Source: Gemmatimonadota bacterium (lineage in GTDB: Bacteria > Gemmatimonadota > Gemmatimonadetes > Gemmatimonadales > GWC2-71-9). From it: DNA of 64,000 bases. A program made the position numbers and the translations under genes. Location of the stretch: assembly GCA_025358055.1 (NCBI GenBank), contig JANYKV010000007.1, positions 459-64,458 on the forward strand, read 5' to 3'. Below the pieces are notes generated by a model, which saw nothing but the letters and a program-made list of their open reading frames with translations, was not told where the DNA came from and did not search any database. Below, one piece after another: positions 28,797 to 38,242 of this stretch (positions are counted from its first letter, which is position 1; each line of letters begins with the position of its first letter).

Positions 28797-29582
28797 CTAG
28801 CCGAGTGTGGCTTGGCGCCGCTCAGCGGCGCGCCCGTGGGCCACAATTCGCGCGGCGGCGACCCCCGCGCCGAACCCATTGTCGATGTTTACCACGGTAA
28901 CCCCCGCCGCGCAGGAATTGAGCATCGCCAGCAATGCGGCCAACCCACCGAACGAGGCTCCGTAGCCTACACTGGTTGGCACCGCGATCACCGGAGCGGC
29001 AACAAGCCCACCGATCACACTAGGGAGGGCGCCTTCCATGCCGGCGACCACAATCAGCACGCCCGCGCGTCGCAAAGCGTCGTTGGCAGCCAGCAGCCGG
29101 TGGAGTCCCGCGACCCCCACGTCGGTAAGCCGCTCTACCTTGGCCCCGAAGGCCTCGGCGGTTACCGCGGCCTCGTTGGCCACCGGCAAGTCGCTGGTTC
29201 CCGCCGTGACAATCAGCACACCCTCTCCCCCGGGAGGCGGACTATTCGACCCCGGCAGATAAATCGTTCGCCCCAGGACGTCATGCCGCGCCCCGGGGAA
29301 CGTCGCGATCAGCACCGCTGCCTGATCTTCGCTCACGCGAGTACAGAGGAAAGCACCGTGGGCTTCGTACAGTCGCCGGCAAATCGCGACGACCTGCTCC
29401 ACAGTCTTCCCGCTGGCGAACACCACTTCCGGCTGGCCTTGGCGAAGCGCACGATGGTGGTCGATTTGAGCGAACGCCAAGTGCTCCGTCGGAAAGTTCT
29501 GCAACCGATCGAGCGCTGCGGCAGGAGCGATCTGGCCGGCTGCAACCTCCGCGAGCAACGCTTCCAACTGAGGTCGGTTCAC
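28797..29582 (-). CDS. larB: LarB-type nickel-pincer cofactor biosynthesis protein (PurE-like NaAD carboxylase/hydrolase)
   Basis: 261 aa. The C-terminal PurE-like domain reads VLIVTAGTSDLPVANEAA...VVAGMEGALPSVIGGLVAAPVIAVPTSVGYGASFGGLAALLAMLNSC. The GTG start forms a GTGA overlap with the dusB stop. Confidence 0.88.
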   Translation of the reverse strand: MNRPQLEALLAEVAAGQIAPAAALDRLQNFPTEHLAFAQIDHHRALRQGQPEVVFASGKTVEQVVAICRRLYEAHGAFLCTRVSEDQAAVLIATFPGARHDVLGRTIYLPGSNSPPPGGEGVLIVTAGTSDLPVANEAAVTAEAFGAKVERLTDVGVAGLHRLLAANDALRRAGVLIVVAGMEGALPSVIGGLVAAPVIAVPTSVGYGASFGGLAALLAMLNSCAAGVTVVNIDNGFGAGVAAARIVAHGRAAERRQATLG

Positions 29583-30562
29583 GCCAACTGCAGTGCGGGT
29601 TCGAGATAGTCCTGAAAGATCCGCTCGGCCTCCGCCATCGACTCCACCTGGAATAGGCGCTCGCGGAGAGCGGCCGCGCCGGGGAGCCCTTTGGTATACC
29701 AGCCCAGGTGCTTCCGGAATTCGATGACCGTCTTGCGGCTATCCCCCTGCAGTCGGATGGCCAATCGCGCGTGCTCGAGCGCTACGCCAAACCGTTCCAC
29801 CGCCGTCGGTGCGGGGCCCGGCGGTTGCGCGTCGAGCAGCGCCCGGGCATCCCGAAAAATCCATGGATTGCCGAACGAGCCCCGCCCGATCATCGCGCCG
29901 GCACACCGGGTGTGATCGCGCATCCGGATGACGTCGGCGCTGGACTGGATGTCGCCATTCCCAATGACGGGAATTTCGAGGGCCTCCACGACCCGTGCAA
30001 TTTCGTCCCAATTCGCGCGGCCACCAAACATCTGGGTTCGCGTGCGGGCGTGGAGAGTGAACGCCTTGGCGCCCGCGTCCTGCATCCGGAGGGCAATCTC
30101 CACCGGTTGTCGACACTCCTCGCTCCATCCGCTGCGCGTCTTGACAGTCACGGGCAAATGCGTGGCGCCAACACAGCCTCGGATGATTCGGCCGACGAGT
30201 TCCATGTCACGAAGGCACCCCGACCCACCATTCCGCTGCACGACCTTCTTTACCGGACACCCGAAGTTGATGTCGATGAATTCCGGTTGGTACTCCTCGG
30301 TCACGATGGCTGTGGCCCGCGCCATCGCATCGGGGTCCGCGCCGTAGATCTGGACCCCGATCGGCCGCTCGACCGACTCGAACTCCGCGCCTTCCAGCGT
30401 CCGCCGAATCCCCCGCCGGATGGCCTCGGCGGAGAGGAACTCCGTCATGAGGAGGTCGGCGCCAAGTTGCCGGCAGATTTGGCGGAACGGCGGTTCAGAC
30501 ACTCCGGCCATGGGGGCCAGAATGAGCGGAAAATCGATTGAGGTGTGCCACGGTAACTGCAT
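29579..30562 (-). CDS. dusB: tRNA-dihydrouridine synthase
   Basis: 327 aa. LAPMAGVSEPPFRQI, INFGCP and a TIM-barrel Dus pattern. Confidence 0.92.
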   Translation of the reverse strand: MQLPWHTSIDFPLILAPMAGVSEPPFRQICRQLGADLLMTEFLSAEAIRRGIRRTLEGAEFESVERPIGVQIYGADPDAMARATAIVTEEYQPEFIDINFGCPVKKVVQRNGGSGCLRDMELVGRIIRGCVGATHLPVTVKTRSGWSEECRQPVEIALRMQDAGAKAFTLHARTRTQMFGGRANWDEIARVVEALEIPVIGNGDIQSSADVIRMRDHTRCAGAMIGRGSFGNPWIFRDARALLDAQPPGPAPTAVERFGVALEHARLAIRLQGDSRKTVIEFRKHLGWYTKGLPGAAALRERLFQVESMAEAERIFQDYLEPALQLA

Positions 30563-30568
30563 ATATGC

Positions 30569-30597
30569 AATATAGTTACGAGAGAACAGCTTGGAAA
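30569..30597 (-). promoter_or_regulatory. Candidate dusB promoter TTTCCA-N17-TATATT, with the -10 ending 6 nt before the ATG (leaderless candidate)
   Basis: On the minus strand, TTTCCA lies at 30597..30592 and TATATT at 30574..30569. The ATG is at 30562. There is no SD. Confidence 0.3.
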
Positions 30598-30706
30598 GGG
30601 GGAAACGGGAAAGGAAGGGAGCTTGGTCCTCTGTCCCTGATCCCTCGCCCCTGACCCCTGCTTAACCTTCCTTTTCCCTTTTCCCTTTTCACCTTTCCCT
30701 CTTCCC
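30593..30706 (-). repeat. Homopurine/homopyrimidine low-complexity block downstream of ptsN: a G-run cluster plus an imperfect long inverted repeat
   Basis: The plus strand has a purine run at 30593-30621 (GGAAAGGGGGAAACGGGAAAGGAAGGGAG) and C-runs at 30635-30658 (CCCTGATCCCTCGCCCCTGACCCC). A ~41-nt pyrimidine tract follows at 30666-30706 (CCTTCCTTTTCCCTTTTCCCTTTTCACCTTTCCCTCTTCCC). The outer tracts are partly complementary to each other. Confidence 0.6.
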
Positions 30707-30709
30707 GTT

Positions 30710-31162
30710 CTAAACCCCCTTCTCCTCAAGCAGGGCATAAAAGTCATCGACCCTTTGGAGCGTGCGGAGGCGTTCGGGGACATCCGGTTCCTTGGCCAGT
30801 TGCGCAATCCGGCCCAGGACCGGAAGGTACACGTTGGACACTTCGACGGGCGGCGCGATAATGAGGAACAGGTAGTGCACCGGCTGCTGATCGATCGCGT
30901 CATAGGCTAGCCCGCCGATATGGCGACCGAAGGCCACCTGGAGTTGCTGGACGGCCAGTGACCGGCAGTGCGGTATCGCGACACAACGGCCGACCCCGGT
31001 GGAGCCAAGAGTCTCCCGACGGCAAATGGCCTTGAGGAGGGTGGCGGAGTTTTCGTCGTCGAGTTCAAGCAGGGCCACGAGTTCCGCGATCGCACCGTCG
31101 CGGTCGTTCGCGGCGAGCGAGAGTGCAATGTGCCTCGCATCGATGAAGTCGCGGAGATTCAT
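30710..31162 (-). CDS. ptsN: PTS EIIA-Ntr type protein (nitrogen-regulatory IIA)
   Basis: 150 aa. LGSTGVGRCVAIPHC contains the phospho-His motif of the PTS_EIIA_2 family. Confidence 0.88.
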   Translation of the reverse strand: MNLRDFIDARHIALSLAANDRDGAIAELVALLELDDENSATLLKAICRRETLGSTGVGRCVAIPHCRSLAVQQLQVAFGRHIGGLAYDAIDQQPVHYLFLIIAPPVEVSNVYLPVLGRIAQLAKEPDVPERLRTLQRVDDFYALLEEKGV

Positions 31163-31168
31163 GGAGAA

Positions 31169-31197
31169 AACCTAACGCGTGTATCTGGTTGGTGAAA
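31169..31197 (-). promoter_or_regulatory. Candidate ptsN promoter TTTCAC-N17-TAGGTT, with the -10 ending 6 nt before the ATG (leaderless candidate)
   Basis: On the minus strand, TTTCAC lies at 31197..31192 and TAGGTT at 31174..31169. The ATG is at 31162. There is no SD. Confidence 0.3.
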
Positions 31198-31207
31198 GCA
31201 TCCTGTT

Positions 31208-31241
31208 CCCAAATCCCTCTCCCCTTCCCTTTTCCCCGCCC
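31208..31241 (-). repeat. Six closely spaced G-runs on the transcribed strand (G-quadruplex-type motif) directly after the guaA stop
   Basis: The minus strand reads GGGCGGGGAAAAGGGAAGGGGAGAGGGATTTGGG. All loops are 1-4 nt. It begins 3 nt after the guaA stop codon (31245-31247). Confidence 0.6.
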
Positions 31242-31244
31242 ACC

Positions 31245-32798
31245 TCACTCCCATTCGATGGTCGCGGGTGGCTTCGAGCTCACGTCATACACGACTCGAT
31301 TCACCCCCTTCACCTCGTTCGCGATTCGGTTCGAGATTCGCGCCATAACGTCCGGCGGGAACGGGTACCAGTCCGCGGTCATACCGTCGCGGCTCGTCAC
31401 CGCCCGGAGCGCCACGACTTGATCGTAGCTCCTGAAGTCTCCCTGGACCCCCACGGAGCGAATCGGCAGCAACACAGCGAAGGCCTGCCAAATATCGTCA
31501 TAGAGACCGGCGGCTCGAATCTCCTCGATGTAGATCGCGTCCGCTTTACGCAGGACCTCCAGGGCCGGCTCGTTCACGTCCCCTAGAATTCGAATGGCCA
31601 GCCCAGGTCCGGGAAAGGGATGCCGGCCTACCATCTCCTCCGGGAGGCCGAGTTCCCGACCGACTTGCCGCACCTCATCCTTGAAGAGCTCCCGGAGAGG
31701 TTCGATCAGTTTGAATGGAAGCCGTTCGGGGAGGCCGCCAACGTTGTGATGGGTCTTGATGGTGACTGAAGGTCCGCCGCTCGGTGAGACGGATTCGATG
31801 ACATCGGGATAGAGGGTGCCCTGTACCAAGAATCCGATGTCGGTTCCCACGGCTTTCGCTTCTTGCTCAAACACGTCGATGAACGTATGCCCAATGCGTC
31901 GACGCTTCTCCTCGGGGTCCGTCACGCCCGCCAGTCGGTCTAGGAAGAGCCTGCGTGCGTCAACGACCCGCAGATCGATGCCCAGATGCCGCTGGAAGGT
32001 CTGCGTGACCTGCTCGCGTTCATGCAGTCGGAGCAGCCCGTGATCTACGAAAATGCAGGTCAGCCGATCGCCCACCGCACGATGCACCAGAACCGCTGCG
32101 ACCGACGAGTCCACCCCGCCGGAAAGCCCACAAATGACACGCGCGGCTGGTCCAACCAGCTCGCGGATCTTCGCGATCTCCTCATCGATGAAGTTCCCGG
32201 GGGTCCAGTCACCTTTGCAGTGGCAGATGCCAAAGAGAAAATTGTTGAGGATCTCCCGACCCCGTGCGGTGTGGGCCACCTCGGGATGGAACTGCACGCA
32301 GTAGATCGGAAGCGATTCGTGGTCCATCCCAGCCACCGGGCTATTCTCGCTCGAGGCCGTGACCCGAAATCCGGTTGGCGCACGATCGACATGATCACCG
32401 TGGCTCATCCAGACCGGGGTTTCCTCGCCGTGCGAGAACCCCTCGAACAGCGGGCCGCCCTCGACCCGCACCATCGCTCGACCGTATTCACGGCGGGCGG
32501 CTGGAATGACCTCCCCACCGGAGAGGTGCGCAACCAGCTGCATTCCGTAGCAAAGGCCCAAGATCGGCACGCCGGACTGGATGAGCGCTCGATCCGCCGT
32601 CGGCGCGTCCTGGTCGTAAACCGAATTCGGGCCACCAGAAAGAATCACGCCGGTAGGGTTCCAGGACTTGATCCAGGGTAAATCACGATTGGAGGGGTGG
32701 ATCTCGCAGTAGACGTGCGCCTCGCGGACACGCCGGGCGATCAGCTGGGTAAACTGTGAGCCATAGTCCAGAATCAGAATGCGATCGTGCTCGGTCAC
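31245..32798 (-). CDS. guaA: GMP synthase (glutamine-hydrolysing)
   Basis: 517 aa. GATase domain (GLCYGMQ), [10 protein letters not shown]-loop and C-terminal PATIEWE. Confidence 0.96.
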   Translation of the reverse strand: MTEHDRILILDYGSQFTQLIARRVREAHVYCEIHPSNRDLPWIKSWNPTGVILSGGPNSVYDQDAPTADRALIQSGVPILGLCYGMQLVAHLSGGEVIPAARREYGRAMVRVEGGPLFEGFSHGEETPVWMSHGDHVDRAPTGFRVTASSENSPVAGMDHESLPIYCVQFHPEVAHTARGREILNNFLFGICHCKGDWTPGNFIDEEIAKIRELVGPAARVICGLSGGVDSSVAAVLVHRAVGDRLTCIFVDHGLLRLHEREQVTQTFQRHLGIDLRVVDARRLFLDRLAGVTDPEEKRRRIGHTFIDVFEQEAKAVGTDIGFLVQGTLYPDVIESVSPSGGPSVTIKTHHNVGGLPERLPFKLIEPLRELFKDEVRQVGRELGLPEEMVGRHPFPGPGLAIRILGDVNEPALEVLRKADAIYIEEIRAAGLYDDIWQAFAVLLPIRSVGVQGDFRSYDQVVALRAVTSRDGMTADWYPFPPDVMARISNRIANEVKGVNRVVYDVSSKPPATIEWE

Positions 32799-34084
32799 GT
32801 GGCCTCGTGCGTCAAGGGGGTCGGGGTCTCTCCCTGCATCAAATCACTCGCCGTCTCTCGGCGCCGCGCGAGCGCAAAGCGTCCCTTGTCTACCAACACC
32901 TCGGGCGGCCTTGGACGAGCATTGTATTGGGACGCCATGACGAACCCGTAGGCGCCTACGCCGAGAATGGCCAAAAGCTCACCCGGGCGGACGCCTGGCA
33001 TCGCCCGGTCGAGCGCCAGAAAGTCGCCGGTCTCACACACCGGCCCGACCAGATCGACGACCTGCACCCTCCGGCCCCGCGGAGTGACTTCGACGACCTC
33101 ATGGTATGCCTGGTAGTGGCTCGGGCGCAGCAAGTCGTTCATGGCGGCATCCACGATGACGAAGTCCTTGCCGCCGGAATGCTTGGTGTAGAGCACCCGC
33201 GTCAACAGAATACCGGCGCTGCCAACCAGGAACCGGCCCGGCTCGACGTGAAGCCGATAGGGGGTCGATCGAAGCAGAGGGATTAGTGTCGCCGCGTAGG
33301 TGGATGGATCTAACGGGGCCTCGTCCTGATACCGGATCCCGAGTCCACCGCCCACGTCGATGACGCTAAGCGCTGGAGCCGCCGGACCGAGGTCGTGAAT
33401 GAGACGCAGTAACCGGCGAAGGCCCTCCGCGAACGGCGCAGGGTCGAGCAGCTGGCTGCCCAAGTGCATCGCGAGACAGCGAAGCACCAGGTGTGGCGAG
33501 AGCCCGATGCGTCGTGCTGCCTCAGGCACCTGGTCGACCGGAATCCCGAATTTGATCCCCCCGCCTCCGGTGGCTATGTAGGGATGGGTTTCGGTGGTGA
33601 CGTCGGGATTGACCCGAAGCCCCACGGCCACAGGCGATCGGGCGGCGGCGGCGATCAGAGCAAGATGATCGAGCTCCTCGAGCGATTCGAGATTGATAAG
33701 GCCAACGCCCGCGCGAACTGCCGCTCCCAACTCCTCGGTGCTTTTCCCGACCCCGCTGAAGACGATGTGCTCGGGGACAAATCCGGCCGCCAGCACCCGG
33801 TCGAGCTCGCCCCCCGAGACGATGTCCGCCCCAGCACCGAGGTCGCGGAGTACCCGGAGAACGGAAAGATTGCCGTTGGCCTTGACCGCATAACAAATGC
33901 GGTGTTCCAATGAAGCCAAGGCCGCGGCGAGGGAACGGTAGCGCTCTCGGATGGCCTCCGCGTTATACACGTACACCGGAGTGCCCACCCTCGCGGCAAC
34001 GTCTTCGAGCGGAACGCCACCCAGAGCGAACGCTCCGCTAGAGCCGAGCCGGAGCCCGGCGTCAGCTAGTAGGCCTTCGCCCAC
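32795..34084 (-). CDS. lysA: Diaminopimelate decarboxylase
   Basis: 429 aa. The YAVKAN PLP-Lys motif and fold-III decarboxylase pattern (GGGLGI, CETGD). Confidence 0.93.
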   Translation of the reverse strand: MGEGLLADAGLRLGSSGAFALGGVPLEDVAARVGTPVYVYNAEAIRERYRSLAAALASLEHRICYAVKANGNLSVLRVLRDLGAGADIVSGGELDRVLAAGFVPEHIVFSGVGKSTEELGAAVRAGVGLINLESLEELDHLALIAAAARSPVAVGLRVNPDVTTETHPYIATGGGGIKFGIPVDQVPEAARRIGLSPHLVLRCLAMHLGSQLLDPAPFAEGLRRLLRLIHDLGPAAPALSVIDVGGGLGIRYQDEAPLDPSTYAATLIPLLRSTPYRLHVEPGRFLVGSAGILLTRVLYTKHSGGKDFVIVDAAMNDLLRPSHYQAYHEVVEVTPRGRRVQVVDLVGPVCETGDFLALDRAMPGVRPGELLAILGVGAYGFVMASQYNARPRPPEVLVDKGRFALARRRETASDLMQGETPTPLTHEAT

Positions 34085-35514
34085 ACCACCTCATATTTCG
34101 CCGGCTTGCCGGTCCAAATGCAGGTTGTGGGACGATCCGGCGTCTGAAATTCGGCGTCGGGGATCACCCGGATCGTCGCTTTCGTCTGCTCCTTGATTTC
34201 GGTCTCAACGGCCGGATCCCCACAAAAGCCCGCGTAAACGAACCCCCCGTCCGCAGCGATGAAGTCGATGAATTCCTGCTTACTCTTTGGACCTCGGAGA
34301 CTTGCGGCCTCGCGTCGAGCCTTCGCAGCCTCGAAAAGCGCGCTTTGCATTTTCTCCAAGTCGGATCTGATCCGAGCGATGATTCCGGTCCGGGACACCG
34401 ACTCCTTCCCTCCGGTACGGCGCGCCAACATGGCCGATCCGGACGCCAGATCACGCGGGCCGATCTCGAGCCGGAGCGGCACCCCTCGCGTTTCCCATTC
34501 GTAGTATTTGGCGCCTGGCTTCATTCCCTCACGCTGATCGAAATGGGTCCGAATGCCGTTGGCCAGCAGTTCCTTCCGGAGCGCGGCACACGACTCGAAC
34601 ACCGCGCCGCGCTCTTCCTCGCTCCGGTAAATCGGGACGATTACGACTTGATACTGTGCGAGCCGTGGCGGACAAACCAAGCCGCTATCATCCCCGTGAG
34701 TCATGATCAATCCGCCAACTAGCCTCGTCGAAACACCCCAGGAGGTGCTCCACACGTGATCGAGGCCACCTTCGGCCGTTTGGAACGTCACGTCGAACGC
34801 GCGGGCGAAATTCTGCCCGAGGTTATGACTCGTACCAGCCTGCAGTGCCTTGTTATCCTGCATCAGTCCTTCACAGGCATAGGTGCGAAGGGCCCCGGCA
34901 AATCGCTCGCTGTCGGTTTTCTGGCCGGTCACCACTGGCATCGCGATGTAATCCTCCATGAATGTCCGGTACACCCCAAGCATTTGCCTCGTTTCCGCCT
35001 CGGCTTCCGCCTCAGTGGCGTGGGCGGTGTGACCTTCCTGCCAGAGGAATTCCGTGGTGCGCAAAAAGAGGCGGGTCCGAAGCTCCCAACGCACCACGTT
35101 GCACCATTGGTTGATCAGGAGCGGTAGATCGCGATAGCTCTGGATCCATTTGGAAAACATCGCGTAGATGATGGTCTCCGACGTGGGTCGGACCACGAGC
35201 GGTTCCTCGAGTTCCTTCCCGCCCCCGTGGGTGACCACCGCGGTTTCCGGAGCGAAGCCTTCGACATGTTCGGCTTCCTTCGCGAGAAAGCTCTGAGGAA
35301 TGAAAAGCGGGAAGTAGGCGTTCTGGTGCCCGGTTTCCTTGAACATGCGATCGAGGGCTGCTTGCATTTGTTCCCAAATCGCATAGCCGTTGGGGCGAAT
35401 GACCATGCAGCCGCGCACGGGGCTGTAGTCGGCCAGCTCGGCCCGGAGAATGAGCTCGTTGTACCACGCACTGAAGTCCTGCGCGCGAGTGGGAAGTGCC
35501 TTGGTATCAGCCAT
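34066..35514 (-). CDS. proS: Prolyl-tRNA synthetase (archaeal/eukaryote-like short type)
   Basis: The start [22 protein letters not shown] is M25 of the track ORF. Class II motifs are present, with a C-terminal YVWAKAY-type ending. Confidence 0.93.
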   Translation of the reverse strand: MADTKALPTRAQDFSAWYNELILRAELADYSPVRGCMVIRPNGYAIWEQMQAALDRMFKETGHQNAYFPLFIPQSFLAKEAEHVEGFAPETAVVTHGGGKELEEPLVVRPTSETIIYAMFSKWIQSYRDLPLLINQWCNVVRWELRTRLFLRTTEFLWQEGHTAHATEAEAEAETRQMLGVYRTFMEDYIAMPVVTGQKTDSERFAGALRTYACEGLMQDNKALQAGTSHNLGQNFARAFDVTFQTAEGGLDHVWSTSWGVSTRLVGGLIMTHGDDSGLVCPPRLAQYQVVIVPIYRSEEERGAVFESCAALRKELLANGIRTHFDQREGMKPGAKYYEWETRGVPLRLEIGPRDLASGSAMLARRTGGKESVSRTGIIARIRSDLEKMQSALFEAAKARREAASLRGPKSKQEFIDFIAADGGFVYAGFCGDPAVETEIKEQTKATIRVIPDAEFQTPDRPTTCIWTGKPAKYEVVWAKAY

Positions 35515-36841
35515 GAGAAGAGGGACCGTGAACGGGGACGAGTGAGCGTGCCGCCGGAGGGACGACCCGCGCGAGTGCGCTGACAATTGCCGAGCGCGGA
35601 ATCATATGCTGGCTCTTGGCTCCCAAGTCTTTGAGCATGACCTGCCCCGACTGTCGCTCGGTCTCCCCGAGGACCAGCACGAAGCGAACACCTCGGGCAT
35701 CTGCCAGCTTCAACAGTTTGCCCAGGGGTTGTGACCCCAGACCGTACTCGATTCGATAGTTCGCGTCTCGGAGTTCGTGGGCGAGAGCCAGGACGTCGGA
35801 AAAATCAGTCGGATCGACTCCGGCAACGAATAGATCGATAGCCGGCAACAGTGGTGGCAAAACTCTCCGGTCCCTCAGTAGTTCCCCCAGAACGACATCG
35901 CCCATCCCGAAGCCGAGCGCGGGAAGGTCCGTCCCCCCAATGGCGTTGAGCAAGTTGTCATATCGGCCGCCACCACAAATCGCGCGGAGCGTCTTCGCCG
36001 CGTCAAACAACTCGAATACGGTACCGGTGTAGTAGGCCAAACCCCGGACAATCGTGAGGTCCAGGTCGACGAACTCTCCGAGACCCATCGCCGTGAGGGC
36101 CGCAATCGTTTCGGCCAGCGGTTGCCCGACAGAGACGGCGCCTGGGAATGCCGCTTCCAAGTCCGCCCAAACACGGATCTCGCGGACTTGCTCCAGCCGG
36201 GACACGTGAGCCTCCAGAGCTCCTGCATCGCACAGCGCCTGTCGGCGACCCAGATAATCACTGCGACCGACCTTATCGAGGACTTGATAGGCAAGGGGAT
36301 GGAGCGCTTCTGCAATCCCGATCTCCCGTAGGATCCCTCCCAGCAGCCGGCGATCCGACAGGCGCACTCGAACGTCGGAGGACGAGAGACCCAACGCCCG
36401 CATAACGTCGATGGCAAGTGCGATAATCTCGGCGTCACCCAGCGGGCCGGGTTCCCCGATCAGATCACAGTTGAGCTGAAAGTGCTCGCGGAGTCGGCCC
36501 CGCTGCTGCCGCTCATACCGAAAAAGCTGCGGGATCGAGAACCACCGAATGGGCTTTTTGAGGCCGTTGGCTCGAGCGGCCACCACCCGCGCCAACGTCG
36601 GTGTCATTTCCGGGCGGAGGGCGACCTCGCGCCCGCCTTTGTCAATGAAGGTGTAGAGCTGCCCGACGATCTCCTCCCCACTCTTCTGGGTATAGAGTTC
36701 GAGCGACTCGAGGGGCGGGCCATCCCACTCCTCAAACCCGTAGCGACGTGCCACGGTGCGCCAGGCGTCGAATATGTGGGCGCGGAGGGCGAAGTCTTCC
36801 GGATAGAAGTCTCGAAACCCTGGTAACGCTTTGGGTTGCAT
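35507..36841 (-). CDS. hisS: Histidyl-tRNA synthetase
   Basis: The start [17 protein letters not shown] is M89 of the track ORF. Class II motifs are present ([13 protein letters not shown]). The upstream 88 codons are an R/G/P-rich shadow extension. TATTTT at 36853..36848 lies 6 nt before the ATG. Confidence 0.93.
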   Translation of the reverse strand: MQPKALPGFRDFYPEDFALRAHIFDAWRTVARRYGFEEWDGPPLESLELYTQKSGEEIVGQLYTFIDKGGREVALRPEMTPTLARVVAARANGLKKPIRWFSIPQLFRYERQQRGRLREHFQLNCDLIGEPGPLGDAEIIALAIDVMRALGLSSSDVRVRLSDRRLLGGILREIGIAEALHPLAYQVLDKVGRSDYLGRRQALCDAGALEAHVSRLEQVREIRVWADLEAAFPGAVSVGQPLAETIAALTAMGLGEFVDLDLTIVRGLAYYTGTVFELFDAAKTLRAICGGGRYDNLLNAIGGTDLPALGFGMGDVVLGELLRDRRVLPPLLPAIDLFVAGVDPTDFSDVLALAHELRDANYRIEYGLGSQPLGKLLKLADARGVRFVLVLGETERQSGQVMLKDLGAKSQHMIPRSAIVSALARVVPPAARSLVPVHGPSSHG

Positions 36842-36903
36842 CGGAGGAAAATAGTCGAGCGGGGACCAGGGGCCAGGGATGACGGGGAACCGGGGACGCC
36901 GGG

Positions 36904-38157
36904 TCAGGGACTCGGGACCTCTCCGAGCCCCAATTCCAGCATCACGTCCCCTACGGTGTGGAACGAACCCGTCACCAGCACCGTCCCGGCATCCAATTGC
37001 ACCTGACGCAGGGCCTCGTGAAAGTTTGGCACCAGGCTCCATGCGGCGCGGGCAGGGGGCCGCTCGGACGACTTGAGCCACCGTCGAAGCCACCCCGGAT
37101 CCCACCGGCGCCCCTCGGCGGTGGGCGCCATCGTCAGGATGCCTCGATCGATCACGGTATCGAGCTTCACCAGCATCTCCGGCCAGGCCTTATCGCTCAG
37201 AATCGACACCAGGGCATTGATTGGCCCCGGTAGGGCGGAGGCACGAATGGCCGCGACCAGGGCGTCCATTCCGTCTGGGTTGTGAGCAACGTCGAACAAC
37301 CACTTGCCGCGGCGGTCGAACCGACCGGGGATGAAAGCCCGGGCGAAGCCTCGACCGATCTGCGCCCGCGTAGGCCGGTACGGCGCGGGTAACGCCGCGA
37401 GTGCGCCATGTGCTACCGCGGCATTGCGCCGCTGGTGGGACCCCACCAAACCCAGCGTGGCGGACCAGAGGTAGCCGGCCGGAACCACCCGGAGGTCCAA
37501 GCGTCCGGCCGGGTCGCGAGACTGAACCGCCCGGCGACCCTCCTCCCGCAGCACCTGGACTATTTCGGGCCGGGTTTCACCAACTATGAACGGGACGCCG
37601 GGTTTGGCGATCCACGCCTTTTCTCGTCCGATTGCGTCGAGCGTGTTCCCAAGATACTTCTGATGGTCCATCTCGATCTTGGTGATGACGCTCACCAGAG
37701 GTGCGACGACGTTGGTGCTATCCAGACGCCCACCCAAACCAACCTCGACGACCGCGATTTCAGTGCCCCGGGCCGCAAAATCGGCGAGGGCAATGGCGGT
37801 CGAGGCCTCGAAGAATGTGGCCTCCTGGGCGACGATCGTGGATTGGAGTTCCCCGGTCCACATCGCGAGCGCCCCCTCCGAGATCGGCACGTCATCTACC
37901 CGAATCCGTTCTCGAAACGAGATCAGATGCGGTGAAGTGTAGAGCCCGACGCGCCAGCCCGCCTCCCGGAGCGCGCTCGCGATGAGGGTGGAGACGCTCC
38001 CCTTCCCGTTGGTGCCCCCAATATGAATGATCGGCATGACCCGGTCGGGGCGGCCGAGCCGATCGAGCAACGCCTCGGTGGTGGCCAATCCGAACTTGAT
38101 CGTCGTCGTGCGGGGAAACAGAAAGCTCAGTGCATCCTGGTAGGTCAGCGTATTCAT
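36904..38157 (-). CDS. folC: Folylpolyglutamate synthase / dihydrofolate synthase
   Basis: The start MNTLTYQDALSFLF is M116 of the track ORF. HIGGTNGKGS is the P-loop. Confidence 0.9.
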   Translation of the reverse strand: MNTLTYQDALSFLFPRTTTIKFGLATTEALLDRLGRPDRVMPIIHIGGTNGKGSVSTLIASALREAGWRVGLYTSPHLISFRERIRVDDVPISEGALAMWTGELQSTIVAQEATFFEASTAIALADFAARGTEIAVVEVGLGGRLDSTNVVAPLVSVITKIEMDHQKYLGNTLDAIGREKAWIAKPGVPFIVGETRPEIVQVLREEGRRAVQSRDPAGRLDLRVVPAGYLWSATLGLVGSHQRRNAAVAHGALAALPAPYRPTRAQIGRGFARAFIPGRFDRRGKWLFDVAHNPDGMDALVAAIRASALPGPINALVSILSDKAWPEMLVKLDTVIDRGILTMAPTAEGRRWDPGWLRRWLKSSERPPARAAWSLVPNFHEALRQVQLDAGTVLVTGSFHTVGDVMLELGLGEVPSP

Positions 38158-38180
38158 TCCCCTGCCCGTCTCGGGGTTAC

Positions 38181-38214
38181 AAAGTAAACGCCCCACGCAG
38201 CGAAGCGTGGGGCG
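38181..38214 (-). terminator. Intrinsic terminator after accD
   Basis: Perfect 10-bp stem CGCCCCACGC / GCGTGGGGCG (38189-38214) with a 6-nt loop, followed on the minus strand by TTTACTTTG. Confidence 0.65.
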
Positions 38215-38242
38215 CGGAAAGTGGCCGGGCGTCGGCCGAAAC

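Noticed and set aside
30445-30903. A 152-aa ORF with a KGKGKRK-rich segment spanning the ptsN-dusB spacer.
   Set aside because: It is the translation of the homopurine tract and overlaps both the dusB 5' end and the ptsN 3' end. It is not a plausible protein.
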